From an uncultured Gammaproteobacteria bacterium (GTDB lineage Bacteria; Pseudomonadota; Gammaproteobacteria; JAURND01): DNA of 64,000 nucleotides. The translations under genes and the position numbers were made by a program. The notes beneath the pieces were generated by a model. It was not told the origin of the DNA. It saw only the letters and a list, made by a program, of their open reading frames with translations, and ran no database searches. The stretch is taken from assembly GCA_963777715.1 (NCBI GenBank), contig CAVZRN010000020.1, positions 8,395 to 72,394 on the forward strand. Reading direction: 5' to 3'. Below are positions 48,889-59,358 of the stretch, piece by piece (the stretch's first letter is position 1; each line of letters starts with the position of its first letter).

Positions 48889-49890
48889 ATGGATTCACAG
48901 CAAGTAATATCAACGCCGCCTAAGACTATTGCGCCTAAAAAACCAGGCAGTGGTAAGGCCATTGCTCTGTTAAGTCTGTTGGTTGCCATCGTTGCAATTG
49001 CGGGTATTGTTTATGTTTGGCAACAAACGCAAATCAACGAGCAACAGAATATTAAACAGATTGTATCGTTGCAGCAGGATGTATCTAAGGCTATGCATCT
49101 GTCGATGCAACAACAAGAAGCATTGCGTACAACACAACAAGATGTACAAACCATCGGCAACCAAAACCGTCGTGATGCAGCCGGTTGGACGTTAATGGAA
49201 GCGGAATATCTCGTCAGGTTGGCAACATTTAATTTGATCTTTGAACGTAACGTGACCTTGGCGCAACAACTATTGGCGGAAGCCGATCAGCGCTTGCAGG
49301 CACTCAATGACCCTGCATTATGGCCAGTGCGGCAGATATTGGCCGAAGATATGGCGCACTTACATGCCATACCAGTGGTAGATTTGCCAGGAATAGTGGC
49401 GCGTCTGGGCGCCTTAACGCAGCAAGCAGAACAACTACCGCAATTATCGGTTGCGACGCCGACGCAAATGCCGACGTCAATACAGGCCACAGCTACTACA
49501 GAGTCGCAATTGACAATGGCGACAATCTTACAGAAAATTCGACTATTTGTAACAGCCGTGGGTAGGGCGTTATCCACTATGGTTACCATCACACATGCAG
49601 GTGATAAATTTACCCCAACCTTACTGACGGTGGAACAACACGCCTATCTCATCACCAATATCCAATCGCAACTAACGTTAGCGCAATGGGCGGTGGTGCA
49701 TCGGCAACAAGATACATATCAGCAAGCGTTAACGCAAGTGACGGATTGGTTGACGCGTTATTATTCACCAGAAAACCCACTGGTGCATGGTATGTTGCAA
49801 CAGATTGATGAAATCAAAACCATCATAGTTAATCCGGCGATGCCAGATATTTCGCATAGTCTCGACGCCATTCAGCGCGCGAAGGGGTAA
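48889..49890 (+). CDS. hemX: HemX-family protein (uroporphyrinogen-III C-methyltransferase-like membrane protein)
   Basis: N-terminal TM segment, Gln-rich coiled region, then WTLMEAEYLVRLATFNL...LNDPALWPVRQILAEDM, parallel to E. coli HemX. Confidence 0.75.
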   Translation: MDSQQVISTPPKTIAPKKPGSGKAIALLSLLVAIVAIAGIVYVWQQTQINEQQNIKQIVSLQQDVSKAMHLSMQQQEALRTTQQDVQTIGNQNRRDAAGWTLMEAEYLVRLATFNLIFERNVTLAQQLLAEADQRLQALNDPALWPVRQILAEDMAHLHAIPVVDLPGIVARLGALTQQAEQLPQLSVATPTQMPTSIQATATTESQLTMATILQKIRLFVTAVGRALSTMVTITHAGDKFTPTLLTVEQHAYLITNIQSQLTLAQWAVVHRQQDTYQQALTQVTDWLTRYYSPENPLVHGMLQQIDEIKTIIVNPAMPDISHSLDAIQRAKG

Positions 49891-49894
49891 TTTG

Positions 49895-51163
49895 ATGAAA
49901 AAATTAATCATTGCATTCATTGTTTTATTGGCAGCCGTAGCGTTAGGCGTCTTCGCCCAACACACACCCAGCAACCTGTTTATCACCCTTGGTTCTACGT
50001 ATATTCAAACCACATTATGGTTTGCAGTAGCCGCCATTATCGTAGGCGTATTTTTATTGTATCAAGTGTGGCGTATACTGCGTGGCGCCTATCATATTCC
50101 CGGCCGCGTGCGTCATTTCAGCCAGCGGCGGCGCGACACGAAGAATCAACAATTAACCCAGCGCGCATTGTGTGCATTATTTGAAGGGTATTGGGATAAC
50201 TGTGAAAAATACTTGCTTAAGAGTATTAGCGCCGAAGATCATATGTTTTTTCATTATCTGGGTGCTGCCGAAGCTGCTTATCGGCAGAAAAAATATGTCG
50301 CAGGCGATACGTATTTAAAAAAGGCGCAGCGTATTGCGCAACCGTCTGAGGTGATGGCGTTGGAAATAACGCGAGCACGCTGGCAATTAACCATGCAAGA
50401 ATATCAGCAAGCCTTAACCACCTTGCAGCTATTGCAAAAGGTTTCTCCTAAACATAGGTTTGTGGTAAATGGGTTGAAAGATGTTTATCTGGCAATGGAA
50501 AATTGGCAAGCGCTATGCGACTTGCTTCCCAATGTACGCCGTTACGGTAATTTATCCGATGCCACATTGGATGCGTTAGAACAACACGTTTATATTTCTT
50601 TATTGCATCAGGCGGGATCAGCAGGTTCTGCTGCGGAGAATCAGCCAACTGTGGCTGTGCGCTTAGACCAGGCGTGGAATGCTGTTCCCAACAGATGGCA
50701 TGAATCCCCTGCGATAGTGGCAGTCTATGTAAAATATTTAATCCGCCAGGCGCAGCATAAAAAAGCTGAAGTCGTATTAAAGAAAGCATTAAAAGATCAT
50801 CACGATCCAGTGTTGTTAGAACAATATGCTCAATTGATCAGCGATGATCCTGCCCGGCAATTATCGCGCGCCGAAGAGTGGTTAAAGCAAGACGAGCAAA
50901 ATACCGATTTGTTACTTTGTTTAGGTAAGTTATGTTTTGAATTACGTCTATGGGGTAAGGCAAAAAATTATTTAGAAGCCGGTTTAAAAATTCAGCCACG
51001 AGTGAATATTTACCCACTGCTTGGCCAGGTGTTAGAACAGTTGGGTGAAAAAGCAGCTGCGTTGGAGTGTTATAAGGCAGGGTTACAGTTTGTAATTGAG
51101 CACAGAACATCGGAGAATATAGTCATTCCGATTGTAGGGGCAGGCCTTGTGCCTGCCCGTTAG
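49895..51163 (+). CDS. hemY: HemY-family TPR membrane protein
   Basis: Two N-terminal TM segments and the HemY_N pattern, with TPR-like repeats. The last 9 codons plus the stop (VGAGLVPAR*) come from the family D repeat. Confidence 0.8.
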   Translation: MKKLIIAFIVLLAAVALGVFAQHTPSNLFITLGSTYIQTTLWFAVAAIIVGVFLLYQVWRILRGAYHIPGRVRHFSQRRRDTKNQQLTQRALCALFEGYWDNCEKYLLKSISAEDHMFFHYLGAAEAAYRQKKYVAGDTYLKKAQRIAQPSEVMALEITRARWQLTMQEYQQALTTLQLLQKVSPKHRFVVNGLKDVYLAMENWQALCDLLPNVRRYGNLSDATLDALEQHVYISLLHQAGSAGSAAENQPTVAVRLDQAWNAVPNRWHESPAIVAVYVKYLIRQAQHKKAEVVLKKALKDHHDPVLLEQYAQLISDDPARQLSRAEEWLKQDEQNTDLLLCLGKLCFELRLWGKAKNYLEAGLKIQPRVNIYPLLGQVLEQLGEKAAALECYKAGLQFVIEHRTSENIVIPIVGAGLVPAR

Positions 51164-51217
51164 GGCTTTACAGGTTATCAGGTAGCCACATCGGGCAACC
51201 ACAAGGGTTGCCCCTAC
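51134..51217. repeat. family D palindromic element
   Basis: gtaggggcaggccttgtgcctgcccgt...cgggcaaccacaagggttgcccctac. Confidence 0.8.
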
Positions 51218-51245
51218 AGCCGGAATCCAGGAACTTAAGCTTCTT

Positions 51246-52331
51246 ATGAAACATTCCCTACAGCAAAAACTAATTTCCTTAGCCGAACGCTTTGACGAAT
51301 TGCAATACTTGCTCAGTGCGCCAGATGTTATCAACGACCAGCAGCGATTTCGTGCGCTATCGGTAGAGTACGCCAGTTTAGAATCGGTGGTGCAGTGCTT
51401 TCGCACCTATCAACAGGTTGAACAGGCGATTGTTGACGCAGAAAAACTGTTGGCAGAGGAAACAGGAGAAATGCGTGATCTGGCGGAAACAGAATTGCTC
51501 GATCAGCGTAAACGTCGTGACGAATTAGAAGAGCAGCTAAAAATTTTATTATTGCCCAAGGACGCCAACGATCAGCGCAACGTGTTTTTAGAAATTCGCG
51601 CTGCTGCGGGCGGCGATGAGTCAGCGATTTTTTCCGGCGATTTATTGCGCATGTACACGCGCTATGTGGAAGGTTTGGGTTGGCACATTGAAATTCTGTC
51701 GGAAAGTTTGGGTGAACATGGTGGTTATAAAGAAGTGATTACACGCATCACTGGCCAGAATGTGTATGCGCAACTGAAATTTGAGTCCGGTGCGCATCGC
51801 GTGCAACGCGTGCCACTGACCGAATCGCAAGGTCGCGTGCATACCTCAACCTGCACCGTGGCAATATTACCGGAAGCCGAAGAAGTCGATGCCATTCAAA
51901 TTAATCCAGCCGATTTACGCATTGATACCTATCGTGCCTCCGGTGCGGGTGGACAACACGTCAACCGAACCGAATCAGCCATCCGCATTACCCACATTCC
52001 CACTGGCACCGTGGTGGAATGTCAGGACGAACGCTCACAACACAAAAATCGCGCACGCGCCATGAGTGTGTTGCAAGCAAGATTATTAGCAGCGGAACAA
52101 GAAAAACAACAACGCCACCAAAGCGAAACTCGACGCAACTTGGTTGGCACTGGTGATCGCTCTGAACGCATCCGCACCTACAATTATTCCCAAGGTCGCG
52201 TCACCGACCATCGCATTAATCTCACACTCTATAATTTAACCGATGTCATGGAAGGACCAGGCTTAGCAAAAGTAATTGAACCGCTAATCCGCGAACATCA
52301 GGCGGATTTACTGGCCGAGGCGGGGGAGTAA
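51246..52331 (+). CDS. prfA: peptide chain release factor 1
   Basis: [17 protein letters not shown] (PxT region) and [12 protein letters not shown] (GGQ). Confidence 0.93.
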   Translation: MKHSLQQKLISLAERFDELQYLLSAPDVINDQQRFRALSVEYASLESVVQCFRTYQQVEQAIVDAEKLLAEETGEMRDLAETELLDQRKRRDELEEQLKILLLPKDANDQRNVFLEIRAAAGGDESAIFSGDLLRMYTRYVEGLGWHIEILSESLGEHGGYKEVITRITGQNVYAQLKFESGAHRVQRVPLTESQGRVHTSTCTVAILPEAEEVDAIQINPADLRIDTYRASGAGGQHVNRTESAIRITHIPTGTVVECQDERSQHKNRARAMSVLQARLLAAEQEKQQRHQSETRRNLVGTGDRSERIRTYNYSQGRVTDHRINLTLYNLTDVMEGPGLAKVIEPLIREHQADLLAEAGE

Positions 52332-52400
52332 TAATTCCCCTCAGATTCTTTTTTGTTGCAGTTTTTGGCTTTTAATGAGAATTTCTGCAGGAATATACTC

Positions 52401-52808
52401 TTAGTGATGGTGTACCCAATCTTCTATTTTTAAATTAGTTATGCGGGAAAACTCTTTTTTATTATTGGTCACTAAAACTAAATTTAATGCTTGTGCGTGT
52501 GCTGCTATCATCATATCTAATGGTCCAATAATCATTCCTTTTTTCTCAAGGTCATTTCTAATATAACCATAACATGTGGCAGCTTCCTCATTAAACGTCA
52601 CAATTTCAAATGGTGAGGCGAATTCTTGTAAGGCAATCTTATTTTTTTGTTGATGTTGACTTTTTTGCACCCCATATTCAAGTTCAGCTAGTGTTATTGA
52701 AGATATGCTAATGTCACCTACTTTGAGCGACATTAGCTTTTTCAAAACACTTGGTGGGTGTTGTTTAATAATGTAAATGCAAGTATTTGTATCTAGCATG
52801 TATTTCAT
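52401..52808 (-). CDS. vapC: PIN-domain toxin VapC
   Basis: MKYMLDTNTCIYIIK...ITLAELEYG...VLVTNN.KEF. Confidence 0.88.
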   Translation of the reverse strand: MKYMLDTNTCIYIIKQHPPSVLKKLMSLKVGDISISSITLAELEYGVQKSQHQQKNKIALQEFASPFEIVTFNEEAATCYGYIRNDLEKKGMIIGPLDMMIAAHAQALNLVLVTNNKKEFSRITNLKIEDWVHHH

Positions 52809-53038
52809 GAAAAAATGTCTTCTCTTTTTTGTTGTTCTGGTTGTTGTCTGGTATCCATAAAATCATCGGAAAACTTACCAAGGCTATCGAGTAGGGCGCG
52901 CCAAGGATTTTTGACTGGAAGTAGTACCGTCATTTCGCCGACTTTTTTAATGTAAACTTCGTTGCCTTCAAATCTGAATTCTTTAGGTAACCGAACCGCC
53001 TGACTTTGACCATTTTGAAATAATTTAGCTATTTTCAT
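52805..53038 (-). CDS. vapB: AbrB/SpoVT-type antitoxin VapB
   Basis: MKIAKLFQNGQSQAVRLPKEFRFEGNEVYIKKVGEMTVLLP. ATGA overlap with vapC. Confidence 0.85.
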   Translation of the reverse strand: MKIAKLFQNGQSQAVRLPKEFRFEGNEVYIKKVGEMTVLLPVKNPWRALLDSLGKFSDDFMDTRQQPEQQKREDIFS

Positions 53039-53050
53039 AACATTCCCCTA

Positions 53051-53076
53051 TAGTATATACTTTTAAGTATATACTA
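53051..53076. promoter_or_regulatory. perfect 12-bp inverted repeat, candidate VapB operator
   Basis: TAGTATATACTT tt AAGTATATACTA, 13 nt upstream of the vapB start. Confidence 0.55.
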
Positions 53077-53290
53077 AAAAAGATTGCACGCCAATTGTTT
53101 TGAGCGATTGTTTTAGATATACGCTTGTGGCACTTTTCTGTGCTGTTTTCTCATCTCCCCATTATAGCGTGATTTAAAAGAACGCAATACCGTAGTACCC
53201 AACCTCAGGGCTGTCCCACCCCACTACGGTATTGCAAAAATAATTTACTTATGTTTATTTAGTAGGTTAATTACTCAAAGAGATCACCAT

Positions 53291-55378
53291 ATGCAAACTG
53301 ATATTGCCCAGCAGTTAACGGAAACACTAAACAAAACGTTTAAATTCAACCAGTTTCGCCCTGGGCAATTGGAAGGATTGATCCAATTAATGCAACAAGG
53401 TCGCTTGCTGTGTATTCAGCCCACCGGCTATGGCAAATCGCTGCTTTATCAGTTGCCAGCGGTGTTACTTGATGGCATTACCCTGGTTATTTCTCCGCTG
53501 TTAGCGTTGATGCGCGATCAATTGACGCAATTGCAAAACCGTTTTGGCATTACTGCGGTCAGTATCAATACCGATCAAGACGATAGTGAAAATCATGCGG
53601 CGCGTCAGGCAGTGTTAGCTGGCAACGCGCGTATTTTATTTATCGCGCCGGAGCAATTGGACCATATTGATCGTTTGGCTTTTTTATTGGGGTTGCCGAT
53701 TAGTTTATTAGTAGTGGATGAAGCGCATTGCATTTCTACCTGGGGGCATGATTTTCGCCCCAGCTATCGGCAAATTATCCAGGTAGTACATGCGTTGGTG
53801 CATAAAAATCCACAGCTTAAATTATTAGCATTAACCGCTACCGCCAATGCGAAAACTGAAGCGGATATTAGACAGCAGTTGGCAGTAGACGAGCGTACAG
53901 TGGTGGTGCAGCGTGAAAGTATGGACCGACCGAACATTCGTTTACGCGTGATTCCCGTAGCTGGCATGAGCGCCAAATTAGTGGTGTTGACGCAATTATT
54001 AACCACGTTGGAGGGAACGGGTTTGATTTATTGTGCGACGCGTGAAAATACTGAGTTGGCAGCGGAATATTTATCGGCGCAAGGTATAAAAACCACTGCC
54101 TATCATGCTGGATTTGATACCGAGCATAAACGACGTATTCAGCAGGAATTCTTATTAGATAAATACAAGGTTATTACAGCCACTAATGCGCTCGGTATGG
54201 GCATCGATAAATCCAATCTACGTTTTATTATTCATTTTGATTTTCCTGGCTCGATTACGGCATATTACCAAGAGGTAGGTCGCTGTGGTCGTGATGGTTT
54301 AGCAGCCGATGGCATTGTGCTATATGACGCCGCTGACAGTAAAATTCAACGCCATTTCATCGAATCAGCGCAGCCCAGTGTCGCTGATTTTGATCAAGTG
54401 CTAAGTAGCGTGAAGGATTCCAGTGTATTACTTGGCCTAACTGCGTTAAAAACCTTAACCGGGTTACATCCCACGCGCTTAACGGTGATAGTTGCAGAAT
54501 TAATTGAGCAGAAGTTTTTAAAAAAGGTCAGCCATAATGGTCTACAGGTGTATCAATTTACTAACCAATCTGGTGTGCCTGATTTGAGTCGTTATAGTGC
54601 GCAATTCCGGGTTAGAACCGCTGAGCTTGCAGCAATGCAACACTATGCCGAGCAAGCACAGCAATGTTTAATGATGCTATTGCGCACGGCGTTGGGTGAT
54701 GCACATGCCGCACCGTGTGGGCAGTGCAGTGTATGCGATGCGTCAATCATCATACCACCGGTGGACAAAAATCTATTATTGATTGCATCGGCGTGGCTGG
54801 ATAAACGCGCCGTGCCAATCATGCTATCTAAGCGCATTAAAAATACCATGCCAGGTGTTGCAGTATTAGATGGCAAATTGCGTTCGCAGGAATTTATTGG
54901 CTTTATGCGCAATCGTAGTATTTCCACCACGCTGGAATCAGCAATCTCCGGTGAGTTATTAAAATTAATACAGGCTGTTTTACAGTCGTTAATGCAACAA
55001 TATCAATTCAGTTGCATTGTTGCAGCGCCATCACGCACGTGGAGTGCAAGAGATGCAATAGTGGCAGAATTGGCGAATCATTTACGCATCCCTGCCTTAC
55101 CGGATTTGTTGTATTGGAATGAAACGCCGCAGGCGCGGCAAGGTGAGTTATTAAACAACGATCAACGTCGTGACAATGTGGCGCAGCGTATGCAGGTGAA
55201 ATTAACGGGAAAGACGCCGGTAGGGCCTATTTTATTGCTGGATGATTACATGGGTTCAGGAGCAACCCTAAACGAAGCAGCCCGGGCGTTAAATCAGCAT
55301 TTGCGGATTAAGCGCGCCATTGTTCCATTTACCATCGCCGCGGTGAAGTGGCATCTAGGCAGGCGGGGGATGGTGTGA
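53291..55378 (+). CDS. RecQ-family helicase fused to a C-terminal ComF/phosphoribosyltransferase-like domain
   Basis: FRPGQLEG...QPTGYGKSLLYQLPA, VVDEAHCISTWGHDFRPSY, ALTATA, TNALGMGIDKSNLRFIIHFD.PGS...YYQEVGRCGRDG, and a Zn motif CGQCSVC. The C-terminal 200 or so aa end in PILLLDDYMGSGATLNEAARAL (PRT-type motif, as in ComFC). Confidence 0.8.
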   Translation: MQTDIAQQLTETLNKTFKFNQFRPGQLEGLIQLMQQGRLLCIQPTGYGKSLLYQLPAVLLDGITLVISPLLALMRDQLTQLQNRFGITAVSINTDQDDSENHAARQAVLAGNARILFIAPEQLDHIDRLAFLLGLPISLLVVDEAHCISTWGHDFRPSYRQIIQVVHALVHKNPQLKLLALTATANAKTEADIRQQLAVDERTVVVQRESMDRPNIRLRVIPVAGMSAKLVVLTQLLTTLEGTGLIYCATRENTELAAEYLSAQGIKTTAYHAGFDTEHKRRIQQEFLLDKYKVITATNALGMGIDKSNLRFIIHFDFPGSITAYYQEVGRCGRDGLAADGIVLYDAADSKIQRHFIESAQPSVADFDQVLSSVKDSSVLLGLTALKTLTGLHPTRLTVIVAELIEQKFLKKVSHNGLQVYQFTNQSGVPDLSRYSAQFRVRTAELAAMQHYAEQAQQCLMMLLRTALGDAHAAPCGQCSVCDASIIIPPVDKNLLLIASAWLDKRAVPIMLSKRIKNTMPGVAVLDGKLRSQEFIGFMRNRSISTTLESAISGELLKLIQAVLQSLMQQYQFSCIVAAPSRTWSARDAIVAELANHLRIPALPDLLYWNETPQARQGELLNNDQRRDNVAQRMQVKLTGKTPVGPILLLDDYMGSGATLNEAARALNQHLRIKRAIVPFTIAAVKWHLGRRGMV

Positions 55379-55381
55379 TGT

Positions 55382-55416
55382 GTCTATACCCATCGCAAGG
55401 TACGATGGGTATAGAC
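55382..55416 (+). terminator. strong hairpin after the helicase gene
   Basis: gtctatacccatcg caaggta cgatgggtatagac (14-bp perfect stem) followed by a pyrimidine-rich tract. The T-run is weak. Confidence 0.45.
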
Positions 55417-55477
55417 TATCTCTTCTCTCTTTGCTACCCTTAAAATCCCTAAAAATCCCAGCCGCCAGTATTCCGAC

Positions 55478-58051
55478 ATGCGCCGTGTTTTCCTGTTTAT
55501 TTCCCTGTTTTTAATCGCCAGCGCGGCTTGGGCGACGGATACAGCGTCTTGCCCCCCTCCGCCCCAGGGTGAGCCTGCGGTTGTATTGCCAACCAGCTGT
55601 GTGGCGACACCCACGTCATACTGGGGCGCCCTCCTGGGTTGGACGCCGGTTGCCAGCTGGGAAAACCCATGTGGTGGTTATTACTTCGAACCTGAGTTTA
55701 TTAGCGCCTATCCCAATCCGGCCCCAATCGATCAGATGGAAATGACCGTGGTAAGCACTGGCCCTTCCTCGTACAGTGTCAATAGTGCCTCCACATTAGA
55801 GGGTAATGTGCGGCTAACGCAACCAGGTCGGCAGGTGACGGCAGACAAGGCGATATTGACGCCCAATCCGACGACCGGTAAGGTTGACCAAGTAGATTTG
55901 CAAGGCGATGTGCACTATCAAGAAGCGGGTAAATTAATTGTGGGAAAAACGTCACATATTAATTTAACCGATAAGAGTGTGACGGTGAACGATGGCGCCT
56001 ACCATATTGCACGTCCTGCAACATCAGGTCCGGTGGATGCCTGGGGTACGCTTGAGCGTGCAGAGCGTGACGCGTTGGGAGTGATCAAGTTACATCGTGC
56101 AACCTATACTACCTGTGCGCCGACGGATAATTCTTGGTATGTAAAGGCCAAGGATATTCAATTAAATAAGGAAACTGGGCGTGGCACGGCAAAAAATGCC
56201 TGGCTGTATGCGGGGAAGTTTCCATTTTTTTATACGCCGTATTTAAATTTTCCGATTGATAAACGTCGTTACTCCGGATTTCTCTATCCCAGTTTTGGCT
56301 ATGATAGTCAGTCTGGCGTGGTGCTCAGTGTGCCCTATTATTTTAACCTGGCGCCGAATTATGATGATACATTGACTGCTACAGGCATGAAGCGTCGTGG
56401 CTTATTGATGAATAATTTATTTCGTTATTTAACCGATAATAGTTCTGGGGCATTACAGTTTAGTGTATTGCCAACTGATCAACAATTTAAGAATTTTAAA
56501 CGCGACACACCGCAGCAATTTCCACCGAGTTATGTTAATACACCGTTTCTGAATCAATTGGAGAATGACAGTAATAATCGTGGCTCCCTTTCCTTTCACG
56601 ACGACACACAATTTAATCCAAACTGGTCGAGTGTGTTCGACGTTAATTACGTCAGTGATGCCTATTATTTACAGGACATAGGTAATGATGTATCGACCAT
56701 CAATACCGATCAACTATTAAATCAGGCGCAGGTTACTTATCAGGGCGAAAATTGGCAATTTTCTGGCTTGGTGCAGGAATATCGTACGTTAGAATTAATT
56801 AATCAAACTTACATATTGGATCAATATCGACGTCTGCCACAATTGGATATTGCTGCGTCTTATCCTGATTCAGCCTATGGGTTGGATTATGAGATGAATG
56901 CAGAGACGGTCTATTTTGATCACGCCAATGATTTTTTCAGCGATCTACCTTACCCCACCGGCAGTCGATTACATTTTAATCCGCAGGTGAGCTTGCCATT
57001 ACGCAGCAATGCCGCGTTCTTGATACCTGCTGTTGCGTTAGATATGACGGATTATGTTGTGGCAAATAATGGTGTAATGAACATGAATGTTTCGCCAGCG
57101 GCTATTGTGCCCGATAGTACGCCGAATTTAAATACCTTGCGCACTTTACCTATTTTCAATGTGGATACCGGTTTATATTTTGAGCGGGCGGTGCGCGTGT
57201 GGGGTCATGGCTATAACCAAACATTGGAACCACGCGCCTATTATTTATTTGTGCCAATTGTTAATCAAAATGATATTCCAGTATTCGACACCACCTTGCC
57301 GGCATTTGATTATAGTGAATTATTTCGTAATAATCGGTTTATTGGTTATGATCGAGTGGGTGATGCTAATCAACTTTCACTGGGTTTAACCAGTCGTTTT
57401 TTAGATAGTTACACTGGGGAAGATAAACTAGACGCCAGTATCGGTGGTATCATATATTTTCATAAGCACGAGGTTTGTCTCTATCCTAACTGCAGCGACG
57501 ATCCTGCTATCAGTAATTCTTCCTCGCCGGTTGCTGCGCAGTTGGAGTATCACTTGACTCAAGCATTAAGTATTGTTAGTAATGCTGCATGGGATCCCAA
57601 CCAATCGTATATTAGTAATGGTTCATTGCACGCGGTGTACACGCCTGCAAGGGGTAAGGTGTTGGGTGTGGGGTATGACTTTGTGCGCGATGGCGATGTG
57701 TTAAATGCAGCGAATACGGGTAGCTCACAAAATGATTTGCGTCGCGTGGATTTGGCGATTAGTTGGCCATTAATGACGCATTGGAATGCGGTGGGGAATT
57801 GGAATTATAATATCAGTCATCACCACCCCCAGACGTATTTTTATGGGTTAGAATACGACACCTGTTGTTGGGCAGTACGCTTTGTGGCCAGTGATACCTT
57901 GCAAGCGGAGGACGCAATGGGTAATACCACGTTCCGTTCGGCCTATTATGTACAGTTTTTGTTAAAAGGGTTGGGTGCGTTCGGTAATGCGAAGGATCAT
58001 GACTTGTTAACGAATAGTATTCCAGGATATTATGATCGCTTCAGGGGGTAG
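55478..58051 (+). CDS. lptD: LPS-assembly outer-membrane protein LptD
   Basis: 857 aa. Signal peptide MRRVFLFISLFLIASAAWA. An OstA N-terminal domain is followed by a large beta-barrel pattern. Confidence 0.88.
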   Translation: MRRVFLFISLFLIASAAWATDTASCPPPPQGEPAVVLPTSCVATPTSYWGALLGWTPVASWENPCGGYYFEPEFISAYPNPAPIDQMEMTVVSTGPSSYSVNSASTLEGNVRLTQPGRQVTADKAILTPNPTTGKVDQVDLQGDVHYQEAGKLIVGKTSHINLTDKSVTVNDGAYHIARPATSGPVDAWGTLERAERDALGVIKLHRATYTTCAPTDNSWYVKAKDIQLNKETGRGTAKNAWLYAGKFPFFYTPYLNFPIDKRRYSGFLYPSFGYDSQSGVVLSVPYYFNLAPNYDDTLTATGMKRRGLLMNNLFRYLTDNSSGALQFSVLPTDQQFKNFKRDTPQQFPPSYVNTPFLNQLENDSNNRGSLSFHDDTQFNPNWSSVFDVNYVSDAYYLQDIGNDVSTINTDQLLNQAQVTYQGENWQFSGLVQEYRTLELINQTYILDQYRRLPQLDIAASYPDSAYGLDYEMNAETVYFDHANDFFSDLPYPTGSRLHFNPQVSLPLRSNAAFLIPAVALDMTDYVVANNGVMNMNVSPAAIVPDSTPNLNTLRTLPIFNVDTGLYFERAVRVWGHGYNQTLEPRAYYLFVPIVNQNDIPVFDTTLPAFDYSELFRNNRFIGYDRVGDANQLSLGLTSRFLDSYTGEDKLDASIGGIIYFHKHEVCLYPNCSDDPAISNSSSPVAAQLEYHLTQALSIVSNAAWDPNQSYISNGSLHAVYTPARGKVLGVGYDFVRDGDVLNAANTGSSQNDLRRVDLAISWPLMTHWNAVGNWNYNISHHHPQTYFYGLEYDTCCWAVRFVASDTLQAEDAMGNTTFRSAYYVQFLLKGLGAFGNAKDHDLLTNSIPGYYDRFRG

Positions 58052-58176
58052 AAACGGGCATATTTGGCCAATTTTGGCGGGAAAAATTCTCTCAAAATGC
58101 TCACATATCAACCCCACATATGCTGCGCTTTTTCGAGAATTTTTCGCACCAAACTTGACTCAAATCTGACCGTTTC
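58051..58176. repeat. family H palindromic element (about 125 bp)
   Basis: gaaacgggcatatttggccaattttggcgggaaaaattctctcaaaatgctcacatatcaa...gaccgtttc. A second copy is at 59910. It abuts the lptD stop codon. Confidence 0.8.
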
Positions 58177-58240
58177 TACCAATCAGTGTGTGAATGGTAT
58201 AAATAATTATGAAAAATATAAAATACAGAGGTTATTTACT

Positions 58241-59200
58241 ATGAAAAGCATTGCAAAATTCTCACAACTTATATTACTGGCGGTATGCGGCCTAATCGCA
58301 CCGTTGTTTGCATGGGCGGATGGTGCTGTACCGCTGGATAAGGTAGTGGTTATTGTAAATAACAGTGTTATTACCCAAAGCCAGTTGCAAAACAATATAG
58401 AGATGGTGAAGCAGCAACTACAAGCTGCTGGTAAACCCGTACCGAGCGATGCAGCGCTGCGTCAAAAAGCGCTCGATCAAGCCATTGGGCAAACCTTACA
58501 ATTACAAGTTGCAAAACGGGTAAAAATTACTGCGTCTGATGCTGATGTCACTAAGGCGATTGGTCAAATTGCCCAGCAGAATAAGCTGACAGTCGATCAA
58601 CTAAAGGAGGCATTGACGAAGGAAGGAATCAGCTATACACAGTTCCGCTCCCAAATCCACGATCAGATGATATTGCATCAAGTGCAACAGCAAGCGCTAG
58701 CAGGCAAGGTGCATGTGAGTGATGCAGATGTCAAGGCGTATCTCAAACGCGCCCCAGCGCCAAATAATCCTAATGTGCAATACCATCTGGAAGATTTATT
58801 GGTATTAGTCGGTGAATCGGCTACGGCATCAGAACAAGATGCTGCAACGAAGCAAGCGAATGATTTATTGCAGAAGGCGCGTGGTGGCTCCAGCTTAAGT
58901 CAATTGGCGCAGGATGCGGGACCAAAAGTAGCTCAATATACAGATTTACAATGGCGTACGGTGAATCAATTGCCAGCGATATTTGCCAATGAATTACCCA
59001 AATTAAAGGCGGGTGATGTTTCTGCCTTGATCAAGGCGCCGAATGGGTTGCATATTATTCGTTTAGTGGAGGCGCAAGGTCAGGCAAAACCGCTGACGAT
59101 GGAACAAGCGCGACAAATGGTGTTGCAACAAAAAGTACAAGAGCAGGCGGATATTTGGGTGCAGGAATTGCGCAAGACCGCGTATATTAAAATAATGTAA
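58241..59200 (+). CDS. surA: periplasmic chaperone / peptidyl-prolyl isomerase SurA (single parvulin domain)
   Basis: MKSIAKFSQLILLAVCGLIAPLFAWA is a signal peptide. SurA N-terminal domain and one PPIase domain. The track start at 58064 lies in repeat H. Confidence 0.8.
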   Translation: MKSIAKFSQLILLAVCGLIAPLFAWADGAVPLDKVVVIVNNSVITQSQLQNNIEMVKQQLQAAGKPVPSDAALRQKALDQAIGQTLQLQVAKRVKITASDADVTKAIGQIAQQNKLTVDQLKEALTKEGISYTQFRSQIHDQMILHQVQQQALAGKVHVSDADVKAYLKRAPAPNNPNVQYHLEDLLVLVGESATASEQDAATKQANDLLQKARGGSSLSQLAQDAGPKVAQYTDLQWRTVNQLPAIFANELPKLKAGDVSALIKAPNGLHIIRLVEAQGQAKPLTMEQARQMVLQQKVQEQADIWVQELRKTAYIKIM

Positions 59201-59358
59201 AAAGCGACTTTGTCGCTTGGAAAACCACCCGCTATGTACTATAAATAAAGGAGAATAGATGTAGGGGATTGAGGTATTTTGCAACAATGTCGACTAAAAC
59301 TAGATAAAAATACCTTAATATATATTAATCATCGGGTTAAATTCTAAAGGATGGCGTG

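Noticed and set aside
53184-53235. 13-bp perfect inverted repeat (gcaataccgtagt / actacggtattgc) with a 26-nt loop between vapB and the helicase gene
   Set aside because: It has no adjacent T-run in the sense of any flanking gene, and no second copy in the window. It may be a small RNA or a repeat remnant, but there is no support for either.
59314-59330. cTTAATATAtaTTAATCAT upstream of tsaC as a fourth PmrA-like box
   Set aside because: The half-sites are 10 bp rather than 11 bp apart and no CTATACT follows. The downstream gene is housekeeping.
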